Of a stretch of 64,000 bases of DNA, positions 40,757 through 51,432 are shown piece after piece. The notes under the pieces were generated by a model. It had not been told where the DNA came from, did no database searches, and worked only from the letters and a program-made list of their open reading frames with translations. Every line of letters starts with the position of its first letter. The first letter of the stretch is position 1. Source of the DNA: an uncultured delta proteobacterium (lineage in GTDB: Bacteria; Desulfobacterota; Desulfobacteria; Desulfobacterales; JAHEIW01); NCBI GenBank assembly GCA_963706575.1, contig CAVPNL010000005.1, forward strand, positions 1 through 64,000, in the 5' to 3' direction. A program made the translations under genes and the position numbers.

Positions 40757-41290
40757 CTACTCAACGGTTTGAGTCAGGCGAACCAGCATGACCGGTATCT
40801 CGCTGCGTCGCAGGACACGTCTTGTGGTGCTACCCAGGATCGCTTCTTCAAATTGTCTCCGTCCGTGATAGCCCATCACAATCAAATCGCATTTTCTCTC
40901 TTGTGTTAGACGTATGATTTCATCAACAACACTCCCGTGGGCAACAACAATTTCATCCATCGCAAACTCACATTCTTTATGATCTTTTTCAGCTTCTTTA
41001 CAGAACTCATCCAGGGCTTCCCTGATCAATGATCCTTCTTTTTGTTTGCCGATCAGGATTTGTCGGACCTGCTGCTCATGGCTTTCTCGCAGCCGCTGCC
41101 ATCTTTCTTCACCTAATATATTCTTTGGGTACGAGGTGGTGGTCCAGCGCGATTCCTCCATTACATGCAGAATGGTGACACTTGCTCCATATTGCATCGC
41201 AAGGCTAATGGCATAATCAAAAGCAAGGCGGGATTCTTTCGAAAGATTGGTCGTAAAAAGGATTTTTTTAATCTGCGGAACCATATTCAC
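40757..41290 (-). CDS. universal stress protein
   Basis: IKKILFTTNLS, DLIVMG, LGSTTRRVLRRS.IPV. Confidence 0.9.
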   Translation of the reverse strand: MNMVPQIKKILFTTNLSKESRLAFDYAISLAMQYGASVTILHVMEESRWTTTSYPKNILGEERWQRLRESHEQQVRQILIGKQKEGSLIREALDEFCKEAEKDHKECEFAMDEIVVAHGSVVDEIIRLTQERKCDLIVMGYHGRRQFEEAILGSTTRRVLRRSEIPVMLVRLTQTVE

Positions 41291-41388
41291 AGTCCTTTCT
41301 TCGCTTAGCTAGGTTATCGGAATAAGGTGCAAAATTATTTTAGATGGGTTGATGAACAATTGTCAATTCAAATTGATTTCGAGAATAT

Positions 41389-42214
41389 TTACTTCCAGGC
41401 GATCTTTGGGGGCTTGCGCTGGGGCAGGCGAAAGTATTTCGCCTTAGGGTATCCCAGCATCATCGGGTAATGGTGCGAATGGCCCTTGGGAAGACCGATG
41501 GCTTTTTGAAGCGGCGGCCAGGCCAGCAGCGCGCCTTTGAGTATTCCGGCCCAGCAAGTACCAAGCCCCATGCTGGGGGCTGCCAGTTCCAGGTAAGACA
41601 ACGCCAGGGTGAGATTTACCGTGCCGTTTAGATCTTCTTTGGGTGCCGAAGCCACAATTAAGACCGGTGCGCCCCTTAACACCGCATCATAACCGGCGTC
41701 CCAGGCGGCAACGATCCCGGGAATATAGGGAAATTTAGCGGATTGAGGGTCTTTTTCGAGCAAGGCCCGTGCCCAGTCTGCCGCCAGTTTGGCAAATTCT
41801 CTGACTGTATCCTTGTCGTTGAAAACCAGCCATTCAACTCAGCTGGGTGTTGCTGGCCGTGGGAGCATAGCGCGCAATCTCAATTAATCTCTGAATCTTT
41901 TGCTTTTCGACCGGCTTGTCTTTAAAAAAGCGGGTGGAACGGCGTGAGCGCAGAAACTGGACCACCTGTGCTTCATCGATGCCGAGCTCCTTTTGGATCG
42001 GTGAGCAATCATTTAGGGGAACCATTTTATGGCTGAGGGCTCCGTGTGGGCAGACCGCCACACAATGGCCGCAGGTTAAACAGGATTGTTCACCGCCCGG
42101 TACCATTTCCGGATAGCTTTCTTTGTCTTTGAGGCGGATAATGGCCGTGGGGCAGTCTCTGGCGCAGAATCCGTCTTGTTTGCATTTACTTTCGTCAACA
42201 ATTAGAAGGCTCAT
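41389..42214 (-). CDS. ferredoxin-nitroreductase fusion (single +1 frameshift at ~41839)
   Basis: CKQDGFCARDCP, CLTCGHCVAVCP, RRSTR, APTASN; removing one base restores the frame into ...GLGTCWAG. Confidence 0.85.
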
Positions 42215-42246
42215 TATTACTTTCCTCTCTAAATTTAAACTGTAAA

Positions 42247-43018
42247 CTATTTGCCCTTGAAAACCGGTTGGCGTTTTTCCAGAAAGGCGCTGAAGCCTTC
42301 TTTGCAATCTTCAGACTGCCCGACGATTTTGCTGCCTTCTTCTTCGACTTTCAGGCCGGCGTCCAGGCCTTCATAGGCGCCGGATGCGATCGCTCGTAAA
42401 ACGCAGCTAACAGCCACCGGCGGTCTTGTTGCCAGCTTTTCGGCGAATGCCCGGGCATCATCCATAAGGCGCCCCGGCGCCGATACCTGATTGACTAAAC
42501 CGGTTTCCAATGCTTCGGTCGCGTTAATTTTGCGGCTGAACAGAATCATATCCAGCGCTTTTGCCTTTCCGACAAGCAGGGGCAAACGCTGGGTTCCGCC
42601 CCAGCCCGGGATAATGCCAAGATTCAGCTCGGTCAGGCCGACCATGGCCTGCGGCGTATTTACCATTATCCTGAATTGACAGCACATGGCCAGTTCCAGG
42701 CCGCCACCGAGGGCATAACCGTTGATAGCGGCAATGACCGGTTTCGGGAAAGCGGTCGATACGACGCCATAACTGCCGGGCTTTAGGGCTTGTTTGATGT
42801 GCATTGCGCGCATCACTGATGTCAAAGCCGGCTGAAAAACATTTTTCACCGGCGCCGGTGATGATGACCACGCGCACATCAGAATCGTTTTCAACCGCGT
42901 CCAACACCTGTTCAAAATCTTGCATCGTGGACCAGTTCCAGGCGTTGACCGGCGGGTGGTTGATAGTGATGGTTGCCATATATTTTTGTTTTGTCAGAAT
43001 GATGTTATCCAGTTGCAT
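42247..43018 (-). CDS. enoyl-CoA hydratase/isomerase (frameshift at ~42745)
   Basis: CFSAGFD in one frame; KPVIAAINGYALGGGLE and PGWGGTQRLP in the next. Confidence 0.85.
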
Positions 43019-43094
43019 GAATAGACTCCTTAGGATTTTACAGAATAAACCAAGGGGCTCCTGAACTCGCGGCGGCTGAACCCCAAACCAGTTG

Positions 43095-44343
43095 TCATCC
43101 AGTTCTCTCGAACACCGCCGCGATTCCAAGACCGCCGCCGCCGCAAATACATTCAAGCCCGAGGCGCGCGTCGCGGCGTTTCATCTCGTGCAGCAGCGTT
43201 ACCAGGACCCGGGTTCCGGTGCAGGCGACGGGATGCCCGAGTGAAATGCCCGAGCCGTTTACGTTGACCTTACCGTAATCTTTTGGCTTCACACCCATGT
43301 CCTTTAGATCAGCCACCACCTGGGCTGCGAAGGCTTCCTGGATCTCGATGATATCGATCTGATCGAGGGAAACACCAGCCGAATTTAACGCCTTTTTGAG
43401 CCGCCAGCTGAACGGTTCGATAGGTATAGCGGGGGTCATCGCCGACAACCACACAGGATCTAAGACCGGCCAGTGGCGCCAGCTTTAAATTCGCAGCTTT
43501 TTTTGCGGAAGCCACCACAACTGCCGCTGCCCCGTCGTTTTCGGTGGACGAGTTTCCGGCGGTACACACGCCGCCCAATACCGGTTTAAGCCGGCTGAGC
43601 TTTTCGAGGGTGGTATCCGGACGCGGATTTTCATCACCGTCGACGATCACGGATTCTCCTCTGGCCTGAGGAACGGATACCGGTATGATTTCATCTTTGA
43701 ATTTGCCGGATTGCATTGCGGTACAGGCCTTCTGCTGACTTTCAAGCGCCCATTGATCGCAGGCTTCTCGGGTGATGCCTTCTTCTTGGGCAGCGGTTTC
43801 AGCCCAGGTCATCATCGCCGGCAGGATCCCGTATCGCGCTTCGGGCTGAGACATCACCCGGGCTCTTTGAATACGATCATAGAAGGGCAGACCCCACGTG
43901 CTTAAATCTCCGTGGCCCCTCGGCCGCCCCTGACTTCCACCGATACCCCATTTGATGTTACCGGGAAGATAAAATTCAGCATTGCTCATGCTTTCGACAC
44001 CTCCGGCCACAACAATTTCCGCCTGACCGGACTGGATCAGTGCGGCTGCCAGGCGCACCACGTCCAGGCCGGTGCAGCAGCGCCTGTCAATCGTAATTCC
44101 CGGTATGGATTCAGGCCAGCCGGCTGTAAGCAATGCCATGCGGGCAATATTGACATATTCGCCGTTCTGGTACGACTGCCCCAGAATGACCTCATCCACT
44201 TCGTCAGGGTTGATGTTTACCCTTTTTACAACCGCGTCCAGCACCAATGCCGCCAGATCGTAGGCCTCGACAGTTTTAAGTGCCCCCATATAACGTCCGA
44301 CCGGGGTTCTTACCGCACTTAGAATAACCGCTTGATTCATCAA
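43095..44343 (-). CDS. thiolase (frameshift at ~43400)
   Basis: RTPVG, RRCCTG, TAGNSS, then EIQEAFA, GHPVACTG, CGGGGLG. Confidence 0.85.
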
Positions 44344-45500
44344 GATTCTCCTTTTAAAAGATTCCGCGAAATGATCAGACGCTGGATTTCGCTGGTTCCC
44401 TCAAATATCCGATATAGTCTGACATCCCGCAAATACATCTCAATTTGAGAGCTTTTCAGGTAACCTTCATCTTCAAAAATATCCATCGTTTTATCTGCGA
44501 TGCGGCTGGCCGTTTCCGTACAAAAGAGTTTCACCATCGAGGCTTCATGGGCGACGTTGTTACCCTGGTCTCTGAGCCATGCCGAATGGTGGAGCATTTG
44601 CCGGGCGGCATAAATATCGGTTGCCATATCTGCCAGCGTGAACCGGTTTGACTGCATCTCATCTGCGGGAACACCGGCTTTAATTTTACTTTTGAGCCGT
44701 TGTATGCAGAGCTCCAAAAGCTTTTGTGAAGCGCCCAAGGCAGCCGCCCCAATTGTCAATCTTCCCTTATCCAGCACCCGCATTGCCGTCTTAAAACCCT
44801 GACCCACCATGCGCATGCCCCCAATTACATTTTCTTTCGGGACCCGACAGTTTCGAAAAATCAATTCATTTGTCAGAGAGCCGCGCATGCCCATCTTTTG
44901 ATCCGGATTGCCAATCGTAAACCCAGGCATGTCCCTTTCGATGATAAAAGCCGTAAATCCCCCCCGGGTGCGCTTGTTTTCATCCGCAACTCCGATGGTT
45001 GTAAAAATATCGGCACAGCCCCCGTTGGTAATAAAAAGCTTTGTGCCGTTTAAAATCCAGAAATCTCCTTCCAATACAGCATTTGTGCAGATCCGGGCGG
45101 CATCTGAACCTGCATTCGGTTCTGTCAGCGCAAAGGCCGCCGTCGATTGGCCTGATGCAATGCGGGGAAGGTACTTCTTTTTCTGTTCCTCGGTTCCGTC
45201 AAACAATATCCCCATAGACCCGATACCGTTGTTGGTACCGATTCTTGACCGAAAACAGGCATTGGCCCGGGTCATTTCTTCGTAAACCAGTACTTCTCCC
45301 AAGGTTGAAAGCCCTAAACCGCCGTATTTTTCGGGGATTGAAAGACCGAATAGGCCCAGCCGCCTCATCTCCTCCACAATTTCTTCAGGTATGGTGCCTT
45401 TTTTTTCCACCTGCAAGGATATCGGGTCTAAGCGCTCCTTAACAAAGGTTCTCACCGTTTCAATGAGATCGAGTTGCTTTGCGGGAATCGTATATTCCAT
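44340..45500 (-). CDS. acyl-CoA dehydrogenase
   Basis: FALTEPNAGSD, LDKGRL, RIFEGTSEIQR. Confidence 0.92.
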   Translation of the reverse strand: MEYTIPAKQLDLIETVRTFVKERLDPISLQVEKKGTIPEEIVEEMRRLGLFGLSIPEKYGGLGLSTLGEVLVYEEMTRANACFRSRIGTNNGIGSMGILFDGTEEQKKKYLPRIASGQSTAAFALTEPNAGSDAARICTNAVLEGDFWILNGTKLFITNGGCADIFTTIGVADENKRTRGGFTAFIIERDMPGFTIGNPDQKMGMRGSLTNELIFRNCRVPKENVIGGMRMVGQGFKTAMRVLDKGRLTIGAAALGASQKLLELCIQRLKSKIKAGVPADEMQSNRFTLADMATDIYAARQMLHHSAWLRDQGNNVAHEASMVKLFCTETASRIADKTMDIFEDEGYLKSSQIEMYLRDVRLYRIFEGTSEIQRLIISRNLLKGES

Positions 45501-45502
45501 AT

Positions 45503-45806
45503 TAGAAGCTATCTCAAAATTAGCAGTTCATCTTTGAAGACAGAGAAAAAAAGTTCCAAAGGTGCTCTAAAATTAGAAATGCCTAAAATGACTAAAATGA
45601 GCTAAAGTGCCTAAAGTTATGGTTTCGCTGCGCTCCATCTTTTATTTAATATGATCGTTCGCCCCAGAGGCTCTCGAAGGTTAGAATTCCTCAATTTTAG
45701 GCATTTTAGATCATTTTTAATTTTAGCTCATTTGTTGTTGTAAGCACCTTTTATAGGTTTAAAACTTTACTATCGGGTGTTAAATGTATTTTTGAGATAG
45801 CTTCTA
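45503..45806. mobile_element. 304-bp TIR element (family C) carrying a nested family D array
   Basis: 17-bp perfect TIR TAGAAGCTATCTCAAAA; internal 45577-45733 matches 63071-63203 in reverse orientation. Confidence 0.8.
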
Positions 45807-46691
45807 ACTTTTTTCTAAATTCTTAACTTTATTGCCGTCTTTGTCATACCGGTACCACCCCTTGCCGGTTTTGCGGCCCAGGTGACCGGCCTTAACCTTG
45901 CGCCTTAACAAAAGGGGCGGGTACCAGCGGGAGTCTCCAGTTTCCTTATACATGGCCATCAACGCACCATAGGTGACATCCAGCCCCACCATATCACCGG
46001 TCTCAAATATACCCATTTTTCTGCCGAGACCCAGCCTCAGGCCCTTGTCGACATCTTGAATGGAGACCACACCCTGTTCGACTAACTTCATGGCCTCGAT
46101 CGTGGAAGGAAAGTTGATTCGATTGATAGCAAATCCGGGTACATCCCGATTCACCATGATGGCTTCTTTGCCGATCTTTTTAACAAAGTCCCCCCCGGCT
46201 TTAGCGGTTTCATCTGTTGTCGAAATTCCTTTGATGACTTCCACCACCTGCATCATGGGGACCGGACTGAAAAAATGCAGTCCCAGAACCTTAGCGGCGC
46301 GATGGGTCACAGCAGCCAGGTCGCTGATGGGTATGGCCGAAGTGTTGCTGGCCAGCAGCGTATGCGGTGCGCACGATTGGTCAAGTTCCTCAAAGATTTG
46401 CTGTTTAAGTTCAAGTTGCTCGAACACCGCTTCGATTGCCAGGTCGATGTCTTTGGCTGAACCCAGATCTGTGATCGGGGTGATACGATCGATGATGGCT
46501 TCCTTTTTCTCAGCCAATTTGCCTTTTTCAATGAACTTGCCCACCGACCATTCGATGTTTTTGATGGCTTTATCGAGGGCCTCCCGGGAGACATCGTTCA
46601 AAAATACATGAATACCGGCCTGAGCGCACACCTGGGCAATACCGCTGCCCATCAATCCGGAACCAACGACAATCACTTTTTTTATTTCCAT
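45804..46691 (-). CDS. hbd: 3-hydroxybutyryl-CoA/3-hydroxyacyl-CoA dehydrogenase
   Basis: VGSGLMGSGIAQ, IEAVFE, SNTSAIP, GLHFFSP, GRKTGKGWY. Confidence 0.88.
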   Translation of the reverse strand: MEIKKVIVVGSGLMGSGIAQVCAQAGIHVFLNDVSREALDKAIKNIEWSVGKFIEKGKLAEKKEAIIDRITPITDLGSAKDIDLAIEAVFEQLELKQQIFEELDQSCAPHTLLASNTSAIPISDLAAVTHRAAKVLGLHFFSPVPMMQVVEVIKGISTTDETAKAGGDFVKKIGKEAIMVNRDVPGFAINRINFPSTIEAMKLVEQGVVSIQDVDKGLRLGLGRKMGIFETGDMVGLDVTYGALMAMYKETGDSRWYPPLLLRRKVKAGHLGRKTGKGWYRYDKDGNKVKNLEKS

Positions 46692-46934
46692 GGCGTTCCT
46701 CCAAGGGGTTTTAGGTAGTCCGGTTAAGCCAGTTGAATTCGGGAAAATGTCTGATTTAATTTTTTTACGGGCAAACAGGCTAACGGGCCAATGGAACAAA
46801 GCGCTCAACCGATATCCTGTGGTCATTTTGAGCTGTGCCGATGAACTCCTTAATGTTCATAAAAATTGATGTGAATTCCCGCTTTGACGGGGCAACACAG
46901 CCATGAGCACCCAGACGTATTTTTGAGATGGATT

Positions 46935-47100
46935 CTAGTATTGTGTCCTACAAATAAGTTAAAAAATGATTGTCACTCCCGCGCAGGCGGGAGTCCAGTT
47001 CAAAGACGCCTGGATTCCCGCCTGCGCGGGAATGACGGATGGATAGCACACCTCAGAACTTAATAATATTTTTGGCAATATTTCTAGGACACAACACTAG
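46935..47100. mobile_element. CTAG-ended MITE-like element containing a family B REP doublet (46971-47036)
   Basis: CTAGTATTGTGTCCTACAAATA ... TATTTCTAGGACACAACACTAG; abuts a solo family C end at 46921-46937. Confidence 0.75.
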
Positions 47101-47846
47101 AGACCCAGGTAGGTTTTACGCAGGACCTCATCTTGCAGCAATTGCTCGCCGGTGCCTTCGGCAATGATCTTGCCGGAAGAAAGGACATAATTGCGGGAAG
47201 CCATTTTAAAGACCGTGCTGACCTCCTGTTCCACAAGCAGGATCGTGATTCCCAGATTTTGGATTTCCGCAATCTTTTCAAATACCTCGGCTCGAAGAAT
47301 CGGAGCCAGTCCGGTGGACGGTTCATCGATGCACAAAAGCTTCGGGCCCGACATCAAGGCGCGACCGATGGCGAGCATTTGCTGCTCGCCGCCGGACAGT
47401 GTTCCCGAAATTTGTTTTGAGCGCGCCTTCAAGACCGGGAACAACTGATAGACGCTTTCCAGGTTTTTTTGAATCTGGCTGCTGTCTTTGTCCAGATAAG
47501 CGCCGGCACGCAGATTGTCCAGAACCGACATCTCACGAAACGGGCGTCGGCGTTCGGGGCAATGAATCAAGCCTTTTTTGACAATGTTGTGGGCCGGAAT
47601 TTTATCGATCCTTTCACCCATAAAGCGGATGGTTCCTTCGATGGAGATGTCTTCCTTGGCAGATCGACGGGTGATCTCCTTTTCCCAGTTTACCAGGCCG
47701 GTGATGGCTCTGAGCAGAGTGGATTTTCCGGCGCCATTGGGGCCCACCAGACTGACGAGTTCTCCTTCATCAACCCCCATACTCAGATTGTTAATCAGCA
47801 CCGCCTTGTCGTAACAAACCGTCAAATTGGCAACTTCAAGCAACAA
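47097..47846 (-). CDS. branched-chain amino acid-type ABC transporter ATPase (LivF-like)
   Basis: GPNGAGKS, LSGGEQQMLAIGRALM, DEPSTGLAP. Confidence 0.9.
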   Translation of the reverse strand: MLLEVANLTVCYDKAVLINNLSMGVDEGELVSLVGPNGAGKSTLLRAITGLVNWEKEITRRSAKEDISIEGTIRFMGERIDKIPAHNIVKKGLIHCPERRRPFREMSVLDNLRAGAYLDKDSSQIQKNLESVYQLFPVLKARSKQISGTLSGGEQQMLAIGRALMSGPKLLCIDEPSTGLAPILRAEVFEKIAEIQNLGITILLVEQEVSTVFKMASRNYVLSSGKIIAEGTGEQLLQDEVLRKTYLGL

Positions 47847-47848
47847 GA

Positions 47849-48616
47849 TTAAATACCCCCTTCACCCAGGTAGGCCTCGATGACCTGTGGGTCGTTGACA
47901 ACTTCCTGCGGTGTTCCCGCGGCGATGATGGTTCCGAAGTTGAGCACGATAATCCGATCAACGATTTTCATCAACTGCTGCAGCTTGTGCTCGACAATAA
48001 TCATGGCCGGTCCTTCGCTGTGCAAGCGCCCGAAGCGGCCGCCTTTGTGGAGTCTTTTGATGGACTTGGCCATCAGTTCCGTCTCCGCCGGGCTCAATCC
48101 GCCAAACGGTTCATCCAAAAGGAGCAAATCGGGCTCGGTGGCAATGGCCCGGGCGACCTCCAGCCGTTTCAGGTCGCCCTGGGAAAGGGTTGCGGCTTTC
48201 TCCAAAGCCATATCGGATATGCCCGCAAACTCCAGTGCATCCATGGCCTTGGCTTCCACGCGTTTAACCCACTCGCCGCGTTTCATGGCCCGGGGACACA
48301 GGCAGGAGACCATGACATTGGCAATAATCGGCAGGCGGCGAAACGGCCGCATGTTCTGAAACGTACAGGCGATGCCCAGATTGACGATGTCCCATGTTTT
48401 TTTGCCGACGATTTCTTTACCTTTGAAACGAACACTGCCTTCATCCGGTTTCAAAATCCCGGTGATCAGGCGCAGCAGGGTTGTTTTGCCCGCACCGTTG
48501 GGTCCGATTAAACCGATAATTTCATGTCGACCCATTGAAAAGCTGGCGCTGTTGACCGCCCGCAGCCCACCGAATTCCTTCGTCAGTTCTTCAGTTTCCA
48601 AAAACGGCTGGCTCAT
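47849..48616 (-). CDS. ABC transporter ATPase (LivG-like)
   Basis: FGGLRAV, GPNGAGKT, LEVARAIA, VIEAYLG. Confidence 0.9.
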   Translation of the reverse strand: MSQPFLETEELTKEFGGLRAVNSASFSMGRHEIIGLIGPNGAGKTTLLRLITGILKPDEGSVRFKGKEIVGKKTWDIVNLGIACTFQNMRPFRRLPIIANVMVSCLCPRAMKRGEWVKRVEAKAMDALEFAGISDMALEKAATLSQGDLKRLEVARAIATEPDLLLLDEPFGGLSPAETELMAKSIKRLHKGGRFGRLHSEGPAMIIVEHKLQQLMKIVDRIIVLNFGTIIAAGTPQEVVNDPQVIEAYLGEGGI

Positions 48617-48617
48617 G

Positions 48618-50344
48618 TCAGGCTTCCTCCGCCTCTTCCCTCAGTTCCCGACGTGATATTTTGCCCACATCGGTTTTTGGCAGCTCACCTCTAAATTCAA
48701 TAATTTTAGGTACCTTATAGTGGGCCAGGTTCTGGCGGCAAAATTCAAAAATTTCTTCTTCGGAAATTTTGCCGCGCGCTTCGCTCTGCAAAACCACGTA
48801 GGCTTTAATTTGTTGCCCCACAGCCGGATCCGGTACACCGACAACGCCGGCCGCTTTTATCTGCGGGTGCTTGTAAAGAACCTCTTCCACATGCCGGGCA
48901 AATACCGAATATCCTTTATATTTGATCAGGTCTCTTTTGCGATCAAAGAAGTAAAAATACCCTTCCTCATCCATACGAACCAGATCTCCGGTTCGGAGCC
49001 ACTGTTTTCCATCAATCTCAACAAATGATTCGGCCTTGGGTTTCTCCGGCCGCTTCCAGTAGCCCTGCATGATATTCGGACCTTGCAGAATCAGTTCACC
49101 ATCTTCGCCGACGGGTTTAAATTCCAGTCCCCTCAATGATCAACGATCGCCGCGCTGACATCCGGGCAACGGGTACTCCGAACGAACCCGCTCTTGGGTC
49201 TGTTATAGGGACTGCTGTGGTTTACGGCGGTTGTTTCGGTCATGCCATACCTTCTAATATCTTGGTGCCGGTCCGCGCGCTCCCAAGCTTTTAATCGTGG
49301 ATTCGTGCAGGGTGTCCGCGCCGCAGCCAATGATTTTGAGTCTCTTCCAGTTGACGTGGTCTGTTTTTTCATACTCTTTAAGGTACTCATACAAAGTGGG
49401 TACACCCAGAAAAGTGCGGAGGCCTTATACCGTTCCATGGCCGTGAGGATGCTCATCGATGTCCGGCGTGGTGAAAAGGACGAGGGTGTGCACCCTGAAC
49501 CAGCCGTTGAGCATCATCACAACACCTGCCCGTAAATATGAAAAAACGGTAGAAAGGCGATAACCACCTCTTGCCCCTTCAAAAAGGGCCAGAAGGCTGA
49601 CCTGTGCCTGCAGAGGACCATAGTTGCAATGGGTCAATACCGCTGCCTTGGGCAGTCCGGTGGTTCCGCCGGTATAGGGCAGGGCGGCGATATCTTTTCT
49701 CGGGTCAATCTCGATTTGAGGTGGCTGTGGTGGATATTTCTTAATCAGAGCTTGAAATTGATGAAGACCGGCCTTTTCCATGACCTTGGGGGCGGTACGT
49801 GCATTTCACCGTAGGCCTTGCCCAAGGCAGCTTTTGCCAAACAATCTTCTTAAGGGGCGGCAGGTATTCGCGATATTGGTGAGAATGACATTGTTCAGAA
49901 GGCGATACCGGTCTTTTCCACGTTATCATAGAGGATATCTTCGACAGACAATGGTTTTGGCACTCACTGTCCTCGATCTGATGCTTTGACCTCTTTGCTG
50001 GTGTACACCGGACTGATCGGCGTGACTTTGGCGCCAACCTTCAGGGCACAAATAGGCAATGATATACTGGGGACAATTCAGAAGATAAAGTGCTACCGTG
50101 TCGCCCTTTGACCACGCCGAGATCGATCCAGAGCCGACGCAAAACGATCGGTCAGCTCTTTAAGTTTGCCGTAGTTGAATCTTTTTGCCGTAAAAAATCA
50201 GACGCGAGTGTTGCTCTGTATTGATTTGCCATCTGATCAAACACATCCGGTACGGATATTTCGGGAACTATCCACCTCTTGCGGAACACCTTCGGGGTAG
50301 AACTTTAACCAGGGTTTGGACATGTAAACATCTTTGGGGTCCAT
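48618..50344 (-). pseudogene. long-chain fatty-acid-CoA ligase (FadD-like) with many frameshifts
   Basis: MDPKDVYMSKPWLKFYPEGVP start, YTGGTTGLPK, YGMTET, WLRTGDL and LPKTDVGK in different frames; may be sequencing error. Confidence 0.7.
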
Positions 50345-50389
50345 TGCTAACCTCGCAGCTGTTTTGCAGTGAAAATTTCTCGGTCTTTG

Positions 50390-51430
50390 CTATTCAATCT
50401 CCGCCGCACATATGCGGCAGGTTTTGCGTGTGGCGATATTTCTAATTTTGCAGCGCGGGCATTCGGTTTCGATTTTATCGCGTATCCACGGGAGCAATCC
50501 CTCCGGCATGTAAAGCAGGATGATCAAGATGACGAAAGCAAACAAAAGCAGTCGGATTTCCGGCCAGAACCGGAAGAATTCCAGTAAGGGAAATAAAATA
50601 AAGACGGCTCCCACCGGTCCCCAGATGCTTACCACGCCGCCGAACACCGACCAGATCACCACCTGAAAGGACATGGAAACTTCCAGGGTTGAGGGCCCGG
50701 CGATCCGCATGTAGTGCGCATAAAGGCCCCCGGCGATGCCGGCAAAAAAACCGCTGAGGCAAAATGCCAGCAATTTATAGCGGGTGGTGTTAATGCCGGA
50801 CGCTCTGACCGCGACCTCATCCTCCCGGATGGCATGAAATATAATACCGGTATTTGAATCGGTGATCTTCCACATAATGACCACCAGCGCGATCATGAGT
50901 GTTACGATAATATAGAAAGACACCACGCGGGACTTGGCCAGGCGCTCGAGGCCTGAAAGCCCGAGCTCGCCTCCGGTAATATCCGGCAGGGCGAAAACAA
51001 TGCCCATCAAGATGATCGGAAATGCCAGGGTGGTTAGCGCCAGATACGTGCCGCGCAGCCGCAAACACGGAATGCCGATAACCAGACCGGCCAGAACGGC
51101 TGCCAGTGCCCCCAGCGGAATCGTGCCCCATGGGGGGATATGAAAATGCAGGTTCAAAAGCGCCGTCGTATAGCAGCTGACACCAAAAAACAGCGCGTGG
51201 CCAAAATTCATCTGACCGGTAAAGCCCGACAAAAGGTCCCAGCTGGCGGCGAAAATCGCAAATATACTGGCCAGGGTAAGAATGCGCAACAAGTAGGGAT
51301 CTTCGATCAGGATGGGAAAAACCAATAGCACCGCAAAAAAAACAAGCACGACGATTCGGCTGGGCAAAACAAATATTTCGCCTCTAACAATCGTGACCAG
51401 CTTGCGCAGATAGAAACCCAGCAGTCCCAT
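50390..51430 (-). CDS. ABC transporter permease (LivM-like) with C-terminal CxxC...CxxC
   Basis: GFTGQMNFGHA, LRLRGTYLAL, AIREDE, PEGL. Confidence 0.9.
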   Translation of the reverse strand: MGLLGFYLRKLVTIVRGEIFVLPSRIVVLVFFAVLLVFPILIEDPYLLRILTLASIFAIFAASWDLLSGFTGQMNFGHALFFGVSCYTTALLNLHFHIPPWGTIPLGALAAVLAGLVIGIPCLRLRGTYLALTTLAFPIILMGIVFALPDITGGELGLSGLERLAKSRVVSFYIIVTLMIALVVIMWKITDSNTGIIFHAIREDEVAVRASGINTTRYKLLAFCLSGFFAGIAGGLYAHYMRIAGPSTLEVSMSFQVVIWSVFGGVVSIWGPVGAVFILFPLLEFFRFWPEIRLLLFAFVILIILLYMPEGLLPWIRDKIETECPRCKIRNIATRKTCRICAAEIE

Positions 51431-51432
51431 AA

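Noticed and set aside
41834..41836. TGA in the ferredoxin-nitroreductase as a second selenocysteine
   Set aside because: The protein continues in a different frame (one extra base), so this is a frameshift, not readthrough
46765..46810. c-di-GMP-I riboswitch (GGGCAAAC...CAAAGC)
   Set aside because: Lacks the GNRA stem and receptor, and is on the wrong strand for the adjacent gene
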